Source of the DNA: an uncultured delta proteobacterium
GTDB taxonomy: Bacteria; Desulfobacterota; Binatia; DP-6
Length of the DNA stretch: 64,000 bases
Direction of reading: 5' to 3'
NCBI GenBank assembly: GCA_963815115.1
Contig: CAWFFN010000008.1
Coordinates: forward strand, 448,001 to 512,000
In this document: positions 29,254-38,738 of the stretch, piece after piece
Position numbering within the stretch: the stretch's first letter is position 1
Layout: each line of letters starts with the position of its first letter
Made by a program: the position numbers and the translations under genes
Notes under the pieces: generated by a model
Told to the model about the DNA's origin: nothing
What the model saw: the letters and a program-made list of their open reading frames with translations, nothing else
The model's database searches: none

Positions 29254-30273
29254 TCAGACCAGCGGGCGGCCCTCCTCCGAGACTCCGAGCTCCGCGAGCA
29301 GCCGATCGCGCACGACGGCGGCGGCGCGCGACTGGGCCTCGGGATCCTTGCCGACGGGAATGCGTCCGCCGGCGATCTGGTCGTGGCCACCCGCCAGCTT
29401 GCTCCCGAGCACGCGCTGCAGGATCTCGCCGGCGTTGGTCTCGCGCTCCGTGGTGCGGATCGAGCAGTGCAGGCAGCCCTCGAACGTGCCGATGGCGGCG
29501 GCCCAGTCGACGCGGTCGAGCCGCAGCAGGAAGTCGGCCACCTCCGCCACCATGTCCGGGTATTGCACCTCGTCGAGCACCGAGAGGACGATCCGCTCAC
29601 CGTAGAGGACGGCCTTGTCGATCGCCTCGCGGAAGATGCGGAAGTACTCGCGCGGCACGCGCGCGTTCTCGATCTTGGCGAGCCGTCGCTTGTTCGTGTA
29701 CGGATACAGGAAGTGCGCCGCCTCGATGTCGGCCGGGGTGGCCTCGCGGCCGAGGTCCTGGGTCTCGGCGGTGATCCCGTAGAACAGCGCCGTGGCGATC
29801 TTGTGGTCCACGGGAAGCTTCGACTCCCGGAGGTACTCGGTGAGGATCGTCGAGGTCGCGCCGTACGCGTCGCGCAGGTCGAGGAAGGGCACGCCGGGAT
29901 ACTCGGCATACGCGGGGTGATGGTCGATCACCACGTGCGGGACGATGCCGTCCGGCAGCGAGTTGTTGGGACGGCCGGGTTGCGTGTCCACGAGCGCAAT
30001 CTGCGTCTCGCCGTCGAAGCGCACCTCGCTCACCGGCTTGAGGTCGATGTTCAGGTAGGTGCGCATGGCACGGTTCTCGGCGCGCCCGACGATGCCGCCG
30101 AGCGCGATCTCGGCCGGCTTGTCGAGGAGTGAGCCCGCAATGAACTTGAGCGCCGCCGCACTCGCCATCGAGTCGGGGTCGGGATTGTCGTGCGGCAGGA
30201 TCACCAGCGGTCCCGGGCGATCGAGGGCGTGCAGCAGGCTCGCGATCACCCCGCGACTCGGGGGGGATGCCAT
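29254..30273 (-). CDS. DHH/DHHA1 phosphoesterase (NrnA-like)
   Basis: HDNPDPDS; VIDHH; GATSTI; AGGH. Confidence 0.9.
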   Translation of the reverse strand: MASPPSRGVIASLLHALDRPGPLVILPHDNPDPDSMASAAALKFIAGSLLDKPAEIALGGIVGRAENRAMRTYLNIDLKPVSEVRFDGETQIALVDTQPGRPNNSLPDGIVPHVVIDHHPAYAEYPGVPFLDLRDAYGATSTILTEYLRESKLPVDHKIATALFYGITAETQDLGREATPADIEAAHFLYPYTNKRRLAKIENARVPREYFRIFREAIDKAVLYGERIVLSVLDEVQYPDMVAEVADFLLRLDRVDWAAAIGTFEGCLHCSIRTTERETNAGEILQRVLGSKLAGGHDQIAGGRIPVGKDPEAQSRAAAVVRDRLLAELGVSEEGRPLV

Positions 30274-30369
30274 CGGGTGGGCGGGAGTATGGACCGGTGC
30301 CCTGCACGTGTCCATCCCTGGTCGCGATCGCGTTGGCACGGCCGGAGCCCTCTGCTAGCGTGCATGCGC

Positions 30370-31809
30370 ATGCAGCCCGCGCGCCCCGATCGATTCGTTC
30401 TCGAGCGGTTCGGCCTGACCGGGCGCGCGCTCGAGAACGTGCTCGGGACAGCGCTCGAGCGCCGCGCCGACTGGGCCGATTGCTACTTCGAGCTCGCCGG
30501 CGTGCAAACGGCATCGCTCGAGGACGGCGTCGTCAAGAAGGCGACACGGAACGTCCGGCAAGGTGTCGGCGTGCGCGTGCTCGCGGGTGCGCGCAGCGGC
30601 TACGCCTACTCGGACGAGATCACCCTCGAGCGTCTCGAGCTGGCAGCGCGCACCGCGCGCGTGATCGCCGATCACGGCGCCGAGACGGCGGCCGTGGCGC
30701 CTGCCCTGCCGTCCCTCCAGCAGCGCGATCTCTATCCCCTCGCGGGATCGCTGCTCGAGACACCGCTGGCCGACCAGGTCGCGCTCCTCACCCGACTCGA
30801 CGCGATCGCTCGCGCCCATGACCCCGCGATCACCAACGTGATGGCGGGGCTCGGTCTCGAGCACCGCGTCGTGCTCGTGGCCGGTCCGGAGGGACTGCTG
30901 GTTGGCGACGTCCGCCCGCTGCTGCGCGTGAGCGTCATGTGCATCGCCGAGCGGGGCGGCCGGCGCACGCAGGGAACGGCGGGCGGGGGCGGACGGTACG
31001 AGTTCTCGGCGCTCCTCGACGGACGGGCCGAGCGCTTCGCCCGCGAGGCGGCACGGCAGGCCATCGTGAACCTCGACGCCGTTCCCGCCCCGGCCGGGAG
31101 CACGACGGTCGTGCTCGGGCCGGGATGGCCGGGCATCCTGCTGCACGAGGCCATCGGGCACGGGCTCGAGGGCGACTTCAACCGCAAGCGCACGTCCGCC
31201 TTCACCGACCGCATCGGCACGCGGGTGGCGTCGGAGCTCTGCACGGTGGTCGACGACGGCACGCTCCCGGGACGCCGGGGCTCACTCAACGTCGACGACG
31301 AGGGCACGCCGACGGGACGCACGATGCTCATCGAGCGGGGCATCCTGCGCGGCTACCTGCAGGACCGGCTCAACGCGGCACTGATGGGCATGCCGCTCAC
31401 CGGCAACGGCCGGCGCGAGAGCTTCGCCCATCTCCCGATGCCCCGCATGACCAACACCTTCATGCTCGCCGGCGAGGACGCGCCCGAGGACATCATCCGC
31501 TCCGTCGACCGCGGGCTGTACGCCGTGTCGTTCGGTGGCGGGCAGGTCGACATCACCTCCGGCAAGTTCGTCTTCTCGGCGAGCGAGGCATATCTCATCG
31601 AGGGCGGCGTCGTCGGGCGCCCGGTACGGGACGCCACGCTCATCGGCAACGGCCCGGACGTCCTCACCCGCATCACGCGCGTCGGCAGCGACCTCGCACT
31701 CGACGAGGGCCTCGGCACCTGCGGCAAGGACGGCCAGTCCGTCCCCGTCGGCGTCGGGCTGCCCACCGTACGCATCGACGGCCTCACCGTCGGCGGGACC
31801 GGCGCGTGA
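30370..31809 (+). CDS. tldD: Metalloprotease TldD
   Basis: PGILLHEAIGHGLEGD; PMPRMTNT; GTCGKDGQSVPVG. Alternative ATG at 30364. Confidence 0.95.
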   Translation: MQPARPDRFVLERFGLTGRALENVLGTALERRADWADCYFELAGVQTASLEDGVVKKATRNVRQGVGVRVLAGARSGYAYSDEITLERLELAARTARVIADHGAETAAVAPALPSLQQRDLYPLAGSLLETPLADQVALLTRLDAIARAHDPAITNVMAGLGLEHRVVLVAGPEGLLVGDVRPLLRVSVMCIAERGGRRTQGTAGGGGRYEFSALLDGRAERFAREAARQAIVNLDAVPAPAGSTTVVLGPGWPGILLHEAIGHGLEGDFNRKRTSAFTDRIGTRVASELCTVVDDGTLPGRRGSLNVDDEGTPTGRTMLIERGILRGYLQDRLNAALMGMPLTGNGRRESFAHLPMPRMTNTFMLAGEDAPEDIIRSVDRGLYAVSFGGGQVDITSGKFVFSASEAYLIEGGVVGRPVRDATLIGNGPDVLTRITRVGSDLALDEGLGTCGKDGQSVPVGVGLPTVRIDGLTVGGTGA

Positions 31810-33158
31810 CCGGCGGCGACCTGCGCGACATCACCGAGCGACTGGTCCGCGATGCGCTGGCGGCGGGGGCACGAGCGGCCGACGCCCTCGCCGGAGAGAG
31901 CGACGGTCTCGAGGTCGGCGTCCGCCTGGGCGCCGTCGAGAAGATCAAGCGGGCGCGCGAGCGGCGCGCCGGGCTGCGGGTCTTCGTGGGCGACTCGACC
32001 GCGGTGGTCTCGACCGCCGACCTCTCGGCCGATGGACTGTCGATCCTGGCGAACGACGCCTGCGCACTCGCCCGCGCAACCGCCGCCGATCGCTTCGCAG
32101 GGCTGCCGGATCCCGCCGATCTGGCGACCGAGCAACCCGACCTCGCGCTCTACGATCCGGCGATCGAAGCGCTCGAGGCCGAGACCGCGCTGCGCATGGC
32201 ACGGCAGGCGGAGGCCGCGGCGTTGGCGGCGGCGCCGGAGATCGACAACTCCGAAGGTGCGGAGTTCGGCGGCGGCGGCGGGCAGGTGGCGTACGCCTCC
32301 AGTCTCGGCTTCTGCGGCGCCTACAGCGGCTCGAGCTTCAGCCTCGCCGTGACGCCGGTGGCGCGGCGCGACGGCGGCATGCAGCGCGACTCCTGGTACA
32401 CGACGAACCGGCGGCTCGACCGCCTGGAGGAGGCGGCGAGCGTCGGCCGCGAGGCCGCACGCCGGGCGCTCCGGCGGCTGGGCGCACGCAGCGTGCCGAC
32501 CACCGAATGTCCGGTGGTGTTCGACCCGCAAACCGCGGCGTCGTTGCTGCGACATCTCGCGGGCGCCATCGCCGGGTCGTCGCTCTACCGGCGCGCATCG
32601 TTCCTCCTCGACCGCCTGGGGGAGCGCATCGCTCCTCCCAGCGTGACCGTGATCGACGATCCGTTGCGCCCGGGGGGCGCGGCGTCACGTCCGTTCGACG
32701 GCGAGGGAGTCGCCTCGCAGCGTCGCACCATCGTCCGTGCGGGCATGCTCGAGAGCTACCTGCTCGACTCGTACTCGGCGCGGCGCCTCGGGCTGCGCCC
32801 GACGGGCCACGCCAGCCGGGCGACCGGCGACGCGCCCGGCGTGGCGCCGAGCAACTTCTACCTCGAGGCCGGGCCGCACCCGCCCGAGGCCATCATCGCC
32901 TCGGTGCCAGCCGGGCTCTACGTGACCGAGCTGATCGGGTTCGGCGTGAACCTGGTGACGGGGGACTACTCGCGCGGGGCAGCCGGACTCTGGATCGAGC
33001 GCGGCGAGCTCACCCATGCCGTCGAGGAGGTGACCATCGCCGGCAACCTGCGCGACATGCTCGCCGGCATCGAGCTGATCGGCAACGATCTGGTGTTCCG
33101 CAACGCCACCTCGGCCCCGACCCTCAAGGTGGCCCGAATGACCGTCGCCGGAACGTGA
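31806..33158 (+). CDS. pmbA: TldE/PmbA
   Basis: GTGA overlap with tldD; PFDGEG; GVNLVTGDYSRGAAG; EVTIAGNL. Confidence 0.95.
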   Translation: MTGGDLRDITERLVRDALAAGARAADALAGESDGLEVGVRLGAVEKIKRARERRAGLRVFVGDSTAVVSTADLSADGLSILANDACALARATAADRFAGLPDPADLATEQPDLALYDPAIEALEAETALRMARQAEAAALAAAPEIDNSEGAEFGGGGGQVAYASSLGFCGAYSGSSFSLAVTPVARRDGGMQRDSWYTTNRRLDRLEEAASVGREAARRALRRLGARSVPTTECPVVFDPQTAASLLRHLAGAIAGSSLYRRASFLLDRLGERIAPPSVTVIDDPLRPGGAASRPFDGEGVASQRRTIVRAGMLESYLLDSYSARRLGLRPTGHASRATGDAPGVAPSNFYLEAGPHPPEAIIASVPAGLYVTELIGFGVNLVTGDYSRGAAGLWIERGELTHAVEEVTIAGNLRDMLAGIELIGNDLVFRNATSAPTLKVARMTVAGT

Positions 33159-33167
33159 GCCGGTCGC

Positions 33168-33332
33168 TCACTCGTCCTCTTCCTCCTCATCGTCGTCGTC
33201 ATCCTCGTCCCAGTCCTCGTCGTCATCGTCGTCTTCGAAGTCGACGTCGTCCTCGTCCAGGTCTTCGTCGTCCTTGACGTCGTCATCCTCGTCGCCCAGG
33301 GCAGCCGCGCCGATGAGTAGTCGCTCGTCCAT
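33168..33332 (-). CDS. 54-aa extremely acidic (Asp/Glu) small protein
   Basis: Strong GAGGAGG SD; 37 of 54 residues are D/E; starts 25 nt downstream of the bioB stop. Confidence 0.7.
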   Translation of the reverse strand: MDERLLIGAAALGDEDDDVKDDEDLDEDDVDFEDDDDDEDWDEDDDDDEEEEDE

Positions 33333-33357
33333 TGCGCCTTTCCTCCTCACGTCGAGC

Positions 33358-34407
33358 CTATAGCGACGCCGCGCCGTCCATCGGCCCCGGCGGGTCCTCG
33401 ACCTCGAAGCCGAGGGCCTCGATCATGGCCGAAGCGTCGCGGTGCGCCTGTCCGGCCGTGGTGAGATAGCCGTCCACGAAGACCGAGTTGGCCGCCAGCA
33501 GGGCCAGCCCCTGCGCGCCACCCAGGCAGCGCTCGCGCCCGCCGGCCGCGCGGATCTCGGCACGCGGATTGGTGAGCCGGAAGAGGGCCAGAGCGCGCAA
33601 GCAGCGTCCGGCGGCAGGCGGCTCCCGATCGCCGAGGGGCGTCCCCTCGATGGGGTGGAGGAAGTTCACCGGCAGCGATTCCACCCGGAGCGCGGCGAGC
33701 GCGCCGGCGACCTCGACGAGATCCTCGTCGGTCTCGCCCATGCCGACGATGACGCCCGAGCACGCCGCCATCCCGGCGCGGCGGGTGCTCTCCACCGTGG
33801 CGACGCGATCGTCGTAGGTGTGCGTCGAACAGATGGCCGGGTAGTGACGTCGGCTCGTGTTCAGGTTGTGGTTCACGTAGTCGACACCCGCCTCCCGCAG
33901 GGCGTGCGTCTCGACGTCACCCATGATGCCCAGGGAGACGCACAGCTCGAGGCCGGGCATCTCCGCCCGGATCGCACGCGCAGCACGGCCGAAGTGCGCG
34001 ACGTCGGCGGGACTCGGCCCGCGCGCGCTGGTCACCATGCAGTAGCGCCGGGCCCCGGAGGCCACCGCGCGCCGCGCCGCCGCAACCAGCTCCGCCACCG
34101 GCTTCAACCGGTAGCGCGAGATGTCCGCCGTCGAAACCGCAGACTGCGAGCAGTAGCCGCAGTCCTCGGGGCAGAGTCCGCTGCGCGCGTTGTTGAGGAC
34201 GCACAGCTTCACCCGACGACCGAAGTACCGGGCGCGCACGGCATAGGCCGCCCACAGGAGCTCCGCCAGCTCGTCGTCCGGCGCCCGCAGCACGCCGAGC
34301 GCCTCCGCGGGCGCGAGGCGCTCGTCCGCGAGCGCATGCTCGGCGAGCGCACGATATGCCCCGGCCAGCGCGAGCGCCCGGCGGGGCTCCCTGAGGGCCT
34401 CCAGCAT
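33358..34407 (-). CDS. bioB: Biotin synthase
   Basis: CPEDCGYCSQS; NHNLNTS; CSGVIVGMGE; PVNFL; EIRAAGGRE; GYLTT. Confidence 0.95.
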   Translation of the reverse strand: MLEALREPRRALALAGAYRALAEHALADERLAPAEALGVLRAPDDELAELLWAAYAVRARYFGRRVKLCVLNNARSGLCPEDCGYCSQSAVSTADISRYRLKPVAELVAAARRAVASGARRYCMVTSARGPSPADVAHFGRAARAIRAEMPGLELCVSLGIMGDVETHALREAGVDYVNHNLNTSRRHYPAICSTHTYDDRVATVESTRRAGMAACSGVIVGMGETDEDLVEVAGALAALRVESLPVNFLHPIEGTPLGDREPPAAGRCLRALALFRLTNPRAEIRAAGGRERCLGGAQGLALLAANSVFVDGYLTTAGQAHRDASAMIEALGFEVEDPPGPMDGAASL

Positions 34408-34485
34408 CGGTCGGAGCCCTCCCTAGCGGGACGGTCGATGTTTGGCAAGAGATTCTCGACGCCGGGCACCGGCAGCGAAGACTGC

Positions 34486-34530
34486 TTGACAGGGCCGTGC
34501 GAACGGGTCGAGTATGTGTACAAAGGACAC
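34486..34530 (+). promoter_or_regulatory. nadA promoter (TTGACA) with NrtR operator
   Basis: TTGACA at 34486-34491; palindrome GTGT-N7-ACAC at 34516-34530, matching the NrtR GT-N7-AC core. Confidence 0.75.
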
Positions 34531-34539
34531 GAACCAGGA

Positions 34540-35550
34540 ATGTCTCAGCCTGCCTTCGCCGCGCCCACCGGTCCCACGCTTCGCGATCTCCTCGCCCCCC
34601 TCGGCGAGGCGGCGTACTCGGAGGCGCGCTGCGCCGAGCTGTCGGCGCTGATCGACGAGATCCAGTCGCTGAAGCGCGCTCGCAACGCCGTCATCCTCGC
34701 CCACAACTACCAGCGCCCCGAGATCTTCCAGGTGGCCGACTTCGTCGGCGACTCGCTCGAGCTGGCCCGCCAGGCCACCACCGTCGAGGCCGAGGTCATC
34801 GTCTTCTGCGGCGTCCACTTCATGGCCGAGACGGCGAAGATCCTGAACCCCGGCCGACGCGTGATCCTGCCCGACCTGCGTGCCGGCTGCTCGCTCGCCG
34901 ATAGCGTCACCGCCGAGGACCTGGCCGAGCGCAAGGCCGAGCTGCGGGCCGTCTACCCCGATCTCGCCGTCGTCGGCTACGTCAACACGACGGCCGACGT
35001 GAAGGCAGAGTGCGATGCCTGCTGCACCAGCTCCAACGCGGTGCAGGTCGTCGAGGCGCTCCCGAGCGAGCACATCCTCTTCGTCCCCGACCGCAACCTG
35101 GCCGCACACGTGCAGTCGCAGACCCGCAAGACCATCATCGCCTGGGACGGCAACTGCTACGTCCACCAGCAGATCACGCCGGAGCAGATCGCGGCCGTCC
35201 GCGCCGCCATGCCCCGGGTGAAGATCCTCGCACACCCCGAGTGCCGCGCCGACGTGCTCGCCCTCGCCGACGCCGTCCTCAGCACCAGCGGCATGGTCCG
35301 CTACGCCAAGGAGAGCCCCGAGCGCGAGTTCCTGATCGTCACCGAATGCGGCCTGTCGGACCGCTTGCTCCTCGAGGTGCCCGGCAAGCGTTTCTACAAG
35401 AGCTGCAAGCTCTGCGCGTACATGAAGATGATCACGCTGGAGGGGACGCGCGACGCGCTGCGCGACCTCGCGCCGGAGATCACCCTGCCCGAGGAGGTCC
35501 GCGTACGCGCGGCGCGTGCCCTCGAGACGATGCTCGCGCTGGGCGGGTGA
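34540..35550 (+). CDS. nadA: Quinolinate synthase
   Basis: ILAHNYQ; GDSLEL; FCGVHFMAETAKIL; GCSLA; CYVH; AHPEC; CAYMK. Confidence 0.96.
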   Translation: MSQPAFAAPTGPTLRDLLAPLGEAAYSEARCAELSALIDEIQSLKRARNAVILAHNYQRPEIFQVADFVGDSLELARQATTVEAEVIVFCGVHFMAETAKILNPGRRVILPDLRAGCSLADSVTAEDLAERKAELRAVYPDLAVVGYVNTTADVKAECDACCTSSNAVQVVEALPSEHILFVPDRNLAAHVQSQTRKTIIAWDGNCYVHQQITPEQIAAVRAAMPRVKILAHPECRADVLALADAVLSTSGMVRYAKESPEREFLIVTECGLSDRLLLEVPGKRFYKSCKLCAYMKMITLEGTRDALRDLAPEITLPEEVRVRAARALETMLALGG

Positions 35551-36212
35551 GCGACCTCGCGGCGCCCACCGTCGCGGTCGACGTGGCCGTGCTGACGGTG
35601 CGGGCGGGGGCGCTGCACGTGCTGCTGGCCCAGGCGCGCCGCGGTCCGTTCGCCGGGTGGTGGGCGCTCCCGGGAGGTCGGGTGCACGAGACCGAGTCGC
35701 TCGACGAGGCGGCGCGGCGCGAGCTGGCTGCCCAGACCGCTCTCCGCGGCGTCTATCTCGAGCAGCTGTTCACCTTCGGGAATCCCAAGCGCGATCCGCA
35801 CGACCGGGTCGTCTCGGTGGCCTACGTGGGGCTGGTGCCGGATCCCGGCGACGCGGCCGGGCCGGACGCGGTAGGCAAGTACGCGGAGGCGAGCTGGCGT
35901 CCGGCGTCCCGCCTCCCGGCGCTGGCCTACGATCATGCCGCCGTCGTACGGCTCGCCGTCTCTCGCGTACGCGCCAAGCTGCAGTATACCAACCTCGTCT
36001 ACACGTTCCTTCCACGGCCGTTCACGCTGACCGAGCTGCAGAGCGTCTACGAGGCCATCCTCGGCCGGCCGCTGGACCGGCGGAACTTCCGGCGCAAGGT
36101 GCTCTCGCTCGGCCTGCTGCGCAGCCTCGGCCGCGTCCGCAGGGGCTCACATCGTCCTGCGGCGCTCTACGCCTTCCGCCACCGACGGCCGATGACGGTG
36201 TCGGTGCTCTGA
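35547..36212 (+). CDS. nrtR: NrtR Nudix-related transcriptional regulator
   Basis: WALPGG; degenerate Nudix box RELAAQ; EQLFTFG..RDP; FTLTELQ..DRRNFRRK wHTH. Confidence 0.9.
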   Translation: MSDLAAPTVAVDVAVLTVRAGALHVLLAQARRGPFAGWWALPGGRVHETESLDEAARRELAAQTALRGVYLEQLFTFGNPKRDPHDRVVSVAYVGLVPDPGDAAGPDAVGKYAEASWRPASRLPALAYDHAAVVRLAVSRVRAKLQYTNLVYTFLPRPFTLTELQSVYEAILGRPLDRRNFRRKVLSLGLLRSLGRVRRGSHRPAALYAFRHRRPMTVSVL

Positions 36213-37333
36213 TGACCGGCTTGCCCCGACCCGGGAGCCGGGGTACACGCCCGGGGCCGTCCGCTCCGTCACCCGTGCACGAGCAAGCCGACACTCCCAA
36301 AGCCCCGTCGCGCCTCCTCCTCATCGGGGCGGCCGTGCTCGGGCTGGGCGTCCTCGTGGCACTCGTGCTCTTCGCCGATGCGCGCGTGCTCCTGGACACC
36401 GCGAAGACCATCCCGCCGGCCGGCCTCGCCCTGCCGCTCCTCCTGTCCTTCCTGTCCTACGCCGCGATGGCACGGTCGTACCAGGGGATCGCCGACCTCG
36501 CCGGGCACCGGCTGCCGTTCCCGATCTGGCTGCGCATCACCTTCGTGTCCAACACGGTCAACTACGTCGTCACCAGCGCGGGCCTCTCCGGCTTCGCCGT
36601 CCGCATGTATCTGCTGTCGCAGTACGGCGTGCCTTCCGGCCGAGCCGTGCTCATCTCCCTCGTCCAGACCTTCCTCACCAACTTCACGCTCCTCTTCTTC
36701 ATCCTCGGGGGCTTCATCTCGCTCGTCATCCGGCAGCAGCTCTCCGGTCCCGCGCTGGTCGCGGCGTCGGTGGCGCTCGTCCTCTTCTCCGGCGTGCTGA
36801 TCTATTGCCTGGTGCTCGTGCTGCGCCGGCGGCTGCGGCGCCTGACGCTCTTCTACGTCGGCACCGCGGCGCACCGCCTGCTGCGCCGATTCGCGCCGCG
36901 CCGCACACCACGCCTGGTCCGCTTCTGGCGCTTCCAGCACAACCTCGACCGCGGCATCGAGTTCCTCATCGAGCGCCGGTCCGGCATGCTGTCGCCCACG
37001 GCCTGGATCACGTTCGACTGGGTCCTCACCAGCGGCATCCTGTGGGCCGCATTCCGCGCGGTCCAGCATCCGCTGTCCCTCGGCCTGGTGATGGTCGGCT
37101 TCGGTGTCGGCCTCTTCTTCTCCCTGGTGTCTTTCGTTCCGGGCGGTCTCGGCATCATGGAAGGCTCGATGACGGCGGTCTTCGTGAGCCTCGGCGTGCC
37201 GCTCCAGAAGGCGCTGATCGCGGTGCTGATCTTCCGGCTGAGCTACCACCTGATCCCCCTCGTGGTCAGCGTCTTCCTCTTCCACGGGGTCTTCCGCGCA
37301 GCGCAGCGCAGCCTGGCCGTCACACGCGGTTGA
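36212..37333 (+). CDS. Lysylphosphatidylglycerol synthase TM-domain (UPF0104) protein
   Basis: Multi-TM; PGGLGIMEG; ALIAVLIFRL. Confidence 0.85.
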   Translation: MTGLPRPGSRGTRPGPSAPSPVHEQADTPKAPSRLLLIGAAVLGLGVLVALVLFADARVLLDTAKTIPPAGLALPLLLSFLSYAAMARSYQGIADLAGHRLPFPIWLRITFVSNTVNYVVTSAGLSGFAVRMYLLSQYGVPSGRAVLISLVQTFLTNFTLLFFILGGFISLVIRQQLSGPALVAASVALVLFSGVLIYCLVLVLRRRLRRLTLFYVGTAAHRLLRRFAPRRTPRLVRFWRFQHNLDRGIEFLIERRSGMLSPTAWITFDWVLTSGILWAAFRAVQHPLSLGLVMVGFGVGLFFSLVSFVPGGLGIMEGSMTAVFVSLGVPLQKALIAVLIFRLSYHLIPLVVSVFLFHGVFRAAQRSLAVTRG

Positions 37334-37439
37334 CACCCCCCACCCCCGACCACTAATCGTCGCACCGGATGGGCGGGGTGGAGTGGACGTGGAGCCGCAT
37401 CGGCGGCCGCCACCGCAGCGGCGACCGGTCGGACGCGCG

Positions 37440-38234
37440 ATGACCGTGCGCTGCCCGCAGTGCGACACGCTGTACCGCATGCCGCCACGCTCCCGCCTCG
37501 GCACGCATCTCACGTTCCGATGCTCGCGCTGCGAGCACGTCTTCGACCCGGAGGAGGCCGCCGAGGAGCCGCTGCTCGACGACGAAGCGCTCGAGGCCGA
37601 GGAGGTCGAGGACGCGGAGCCGGCGGAGGACGACGTCCCCGACCACGACCCCCCGCGAACCACGATCTCGACCGCTCGCTTCGCCGTGCGGAGCGCGGTC
37701 ATCGTCACGCTCGCCTACACGGTCCTCTCCATCTACCTGTATACCCACCGCGGGCGGGTGACCGACCTGATCGCCGGCCTCCGGGTGACCGGATCGAGCG
37801 TCGCGGGCGCACCCCTCGATCCCGCCGACATCCAGCTGACCGACGTGCACGGGCAGTACCTGCGCGTGCAGGGCGATCGGCTGGTGTTCGTGATCAGCGG
37901 AACGGCGGTCAACAACGCGCCGGTACCCGTGGGTGCGATCCAGATCGAGGGCCGCGTCAGCGGCGCCGGAGAGCAACGCCAGCTCGTCTTCGCCGGCGCC
38001 GCTCCGCGCAGCGTGGAGGATCTCTCCGAGCAGGAGATCGAGCTTCTCCAGACGCTCGAGCCTCCCCCGGACTGGCGGTTGCTGCCCGGTGAGGACGGCG
38101 AGTTCCTCGTCGCCTTCGTGAACCCGCCGAGCTCGTTGCGCGAGTTCTCGACGCAGGTCGTGACGGCGCGCAGGAGAACGCGACCCGGGACTGCGTCTCG
38201 GGCCGGCACGGAGAGCGAGAGTCAAGCCCGATAG
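37440..38234 (+). CDS. Zinc-ribbon + DUF3426-like membrane protein
   Basis: CPQCDTLY..FRCSRCEHVF; acidic linker; TM helix; VISGTAVN..PGEDGEF. Confidence 0.8.
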   Translation: MTVRCPQCDTLYRMPPRSRLGTHLTFRCSRCEHVFDPEEAAEEPLLDDEALEAEEVEDAEPAEDDVPDHDPPRTTISTARFAVRSAVIVTLAYTVLSIYLYTHRGRVTDLIAGLRVTGSSVAGAPLDPADIQLTDVHGQYLRVQGDRLVFVISGTAVNNAPVPVGAIQIEGRVSGAGEQRQLVFAGAAPRSVEDLSEQEIELLQTLEPPPDWRLLPGEDGEFLVAFVNPPSSLREFSTQVVTARRRTRPGTASRAGTESESQAR

Positions 38235-38444
38235 ACGGTGCGGACGTCGTGCCGCGGGCGGCAAAGCCGCCGCGGCAGACGTCTCGGAGCGCGACCGGTA
38301 CGCTGGCGGGCCGGGGAGAGAGCGGGCGGGAGGCTGCGGGGTGCCAAGTTTGCCGCGCCGGCTTCGCCGGCCGCGGCACGGCGTTCGCTCTCACCACCGG
38401 ACGCCACGCACTCGCCCTCGAGCCGAGACGGAGTCTCGGCTCGA
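38184..38444. repeat. REPIN/MITE-like element copy 1 (inverted pair of CCGAGAC-GGA-GTCTCGG palindromes)
   Basis: Perfect hairpin at 38418-38444; degenerate inverted unit at 38184-38202; flanks resemble copy 2. Confidence 0.6.
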
Positions 38445-38447
38445 AAC

Positions 38448-38645
38448 CTACTCCTGGGTCGGCTTCGGTGGGGGGGCGGGCTTCTCGGGCGTGACGTCGA
38501 TCTCCGGCGGCTCCTTGAGGCCCTTCTTGAAGGACTGGATGCCCTTGCCCAGGCTCCCCATCACCTCGGGGAGCCGTCCGGCGCCGAAGACCACCAGAAC
38601 GATCACCAGGATCACGAGCAGCTCGCCCATCCCGAGGCCGAACAT
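38448..38645 (-). CDS. tatA: Twin-arginine translocase TatA/TatE
   Basis: [39 protein letters not shown]. Confidence 0.95.
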   Translation of the reverse strand: MFGLGMGELLVILVIVLVVFGAGRLPEVMGSLGKGIQSFKKGLKEPPEIDVTPEKPAPPPKPTQE

Positions 38646-38698
38646 CCATCGATCATAGGGAAGCCCCGTGAGGCTGGCAAGCTCGCATCCCTCGGCCA

Positions 38699-38727
38699 TT
38701 GCACCCCGTCGGGGCGGTCCCTATACT
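38699..38727 (+). promoter_or_regulatory. Sigma-70 promoter for the radical SAM-rng operon
   Basis: TTGCAC-N17-TATACT, 11 nt before ATG 38739. Confidence 0.6.
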
Positions 38728-38738
38728 CCCGCCCCTCG

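Noticed and set aside
30333-30348. GG-N10-GC upstream of tldD as a sigma-54 promoter
   Set aside because: Poor -12 element (GAGC); a TAGCGT -10 just before the ATG explains the region better.
30370-34407. RiPP cluster reading (TldD/E + peptide + radical SAM)
   Set aside because: The radical SAM enzyme has diagnostic BioB motifs and no SPASM or RRE domain; tldD-pmbA is a common housekeeping pair. Only the peptide is kept as a finding.
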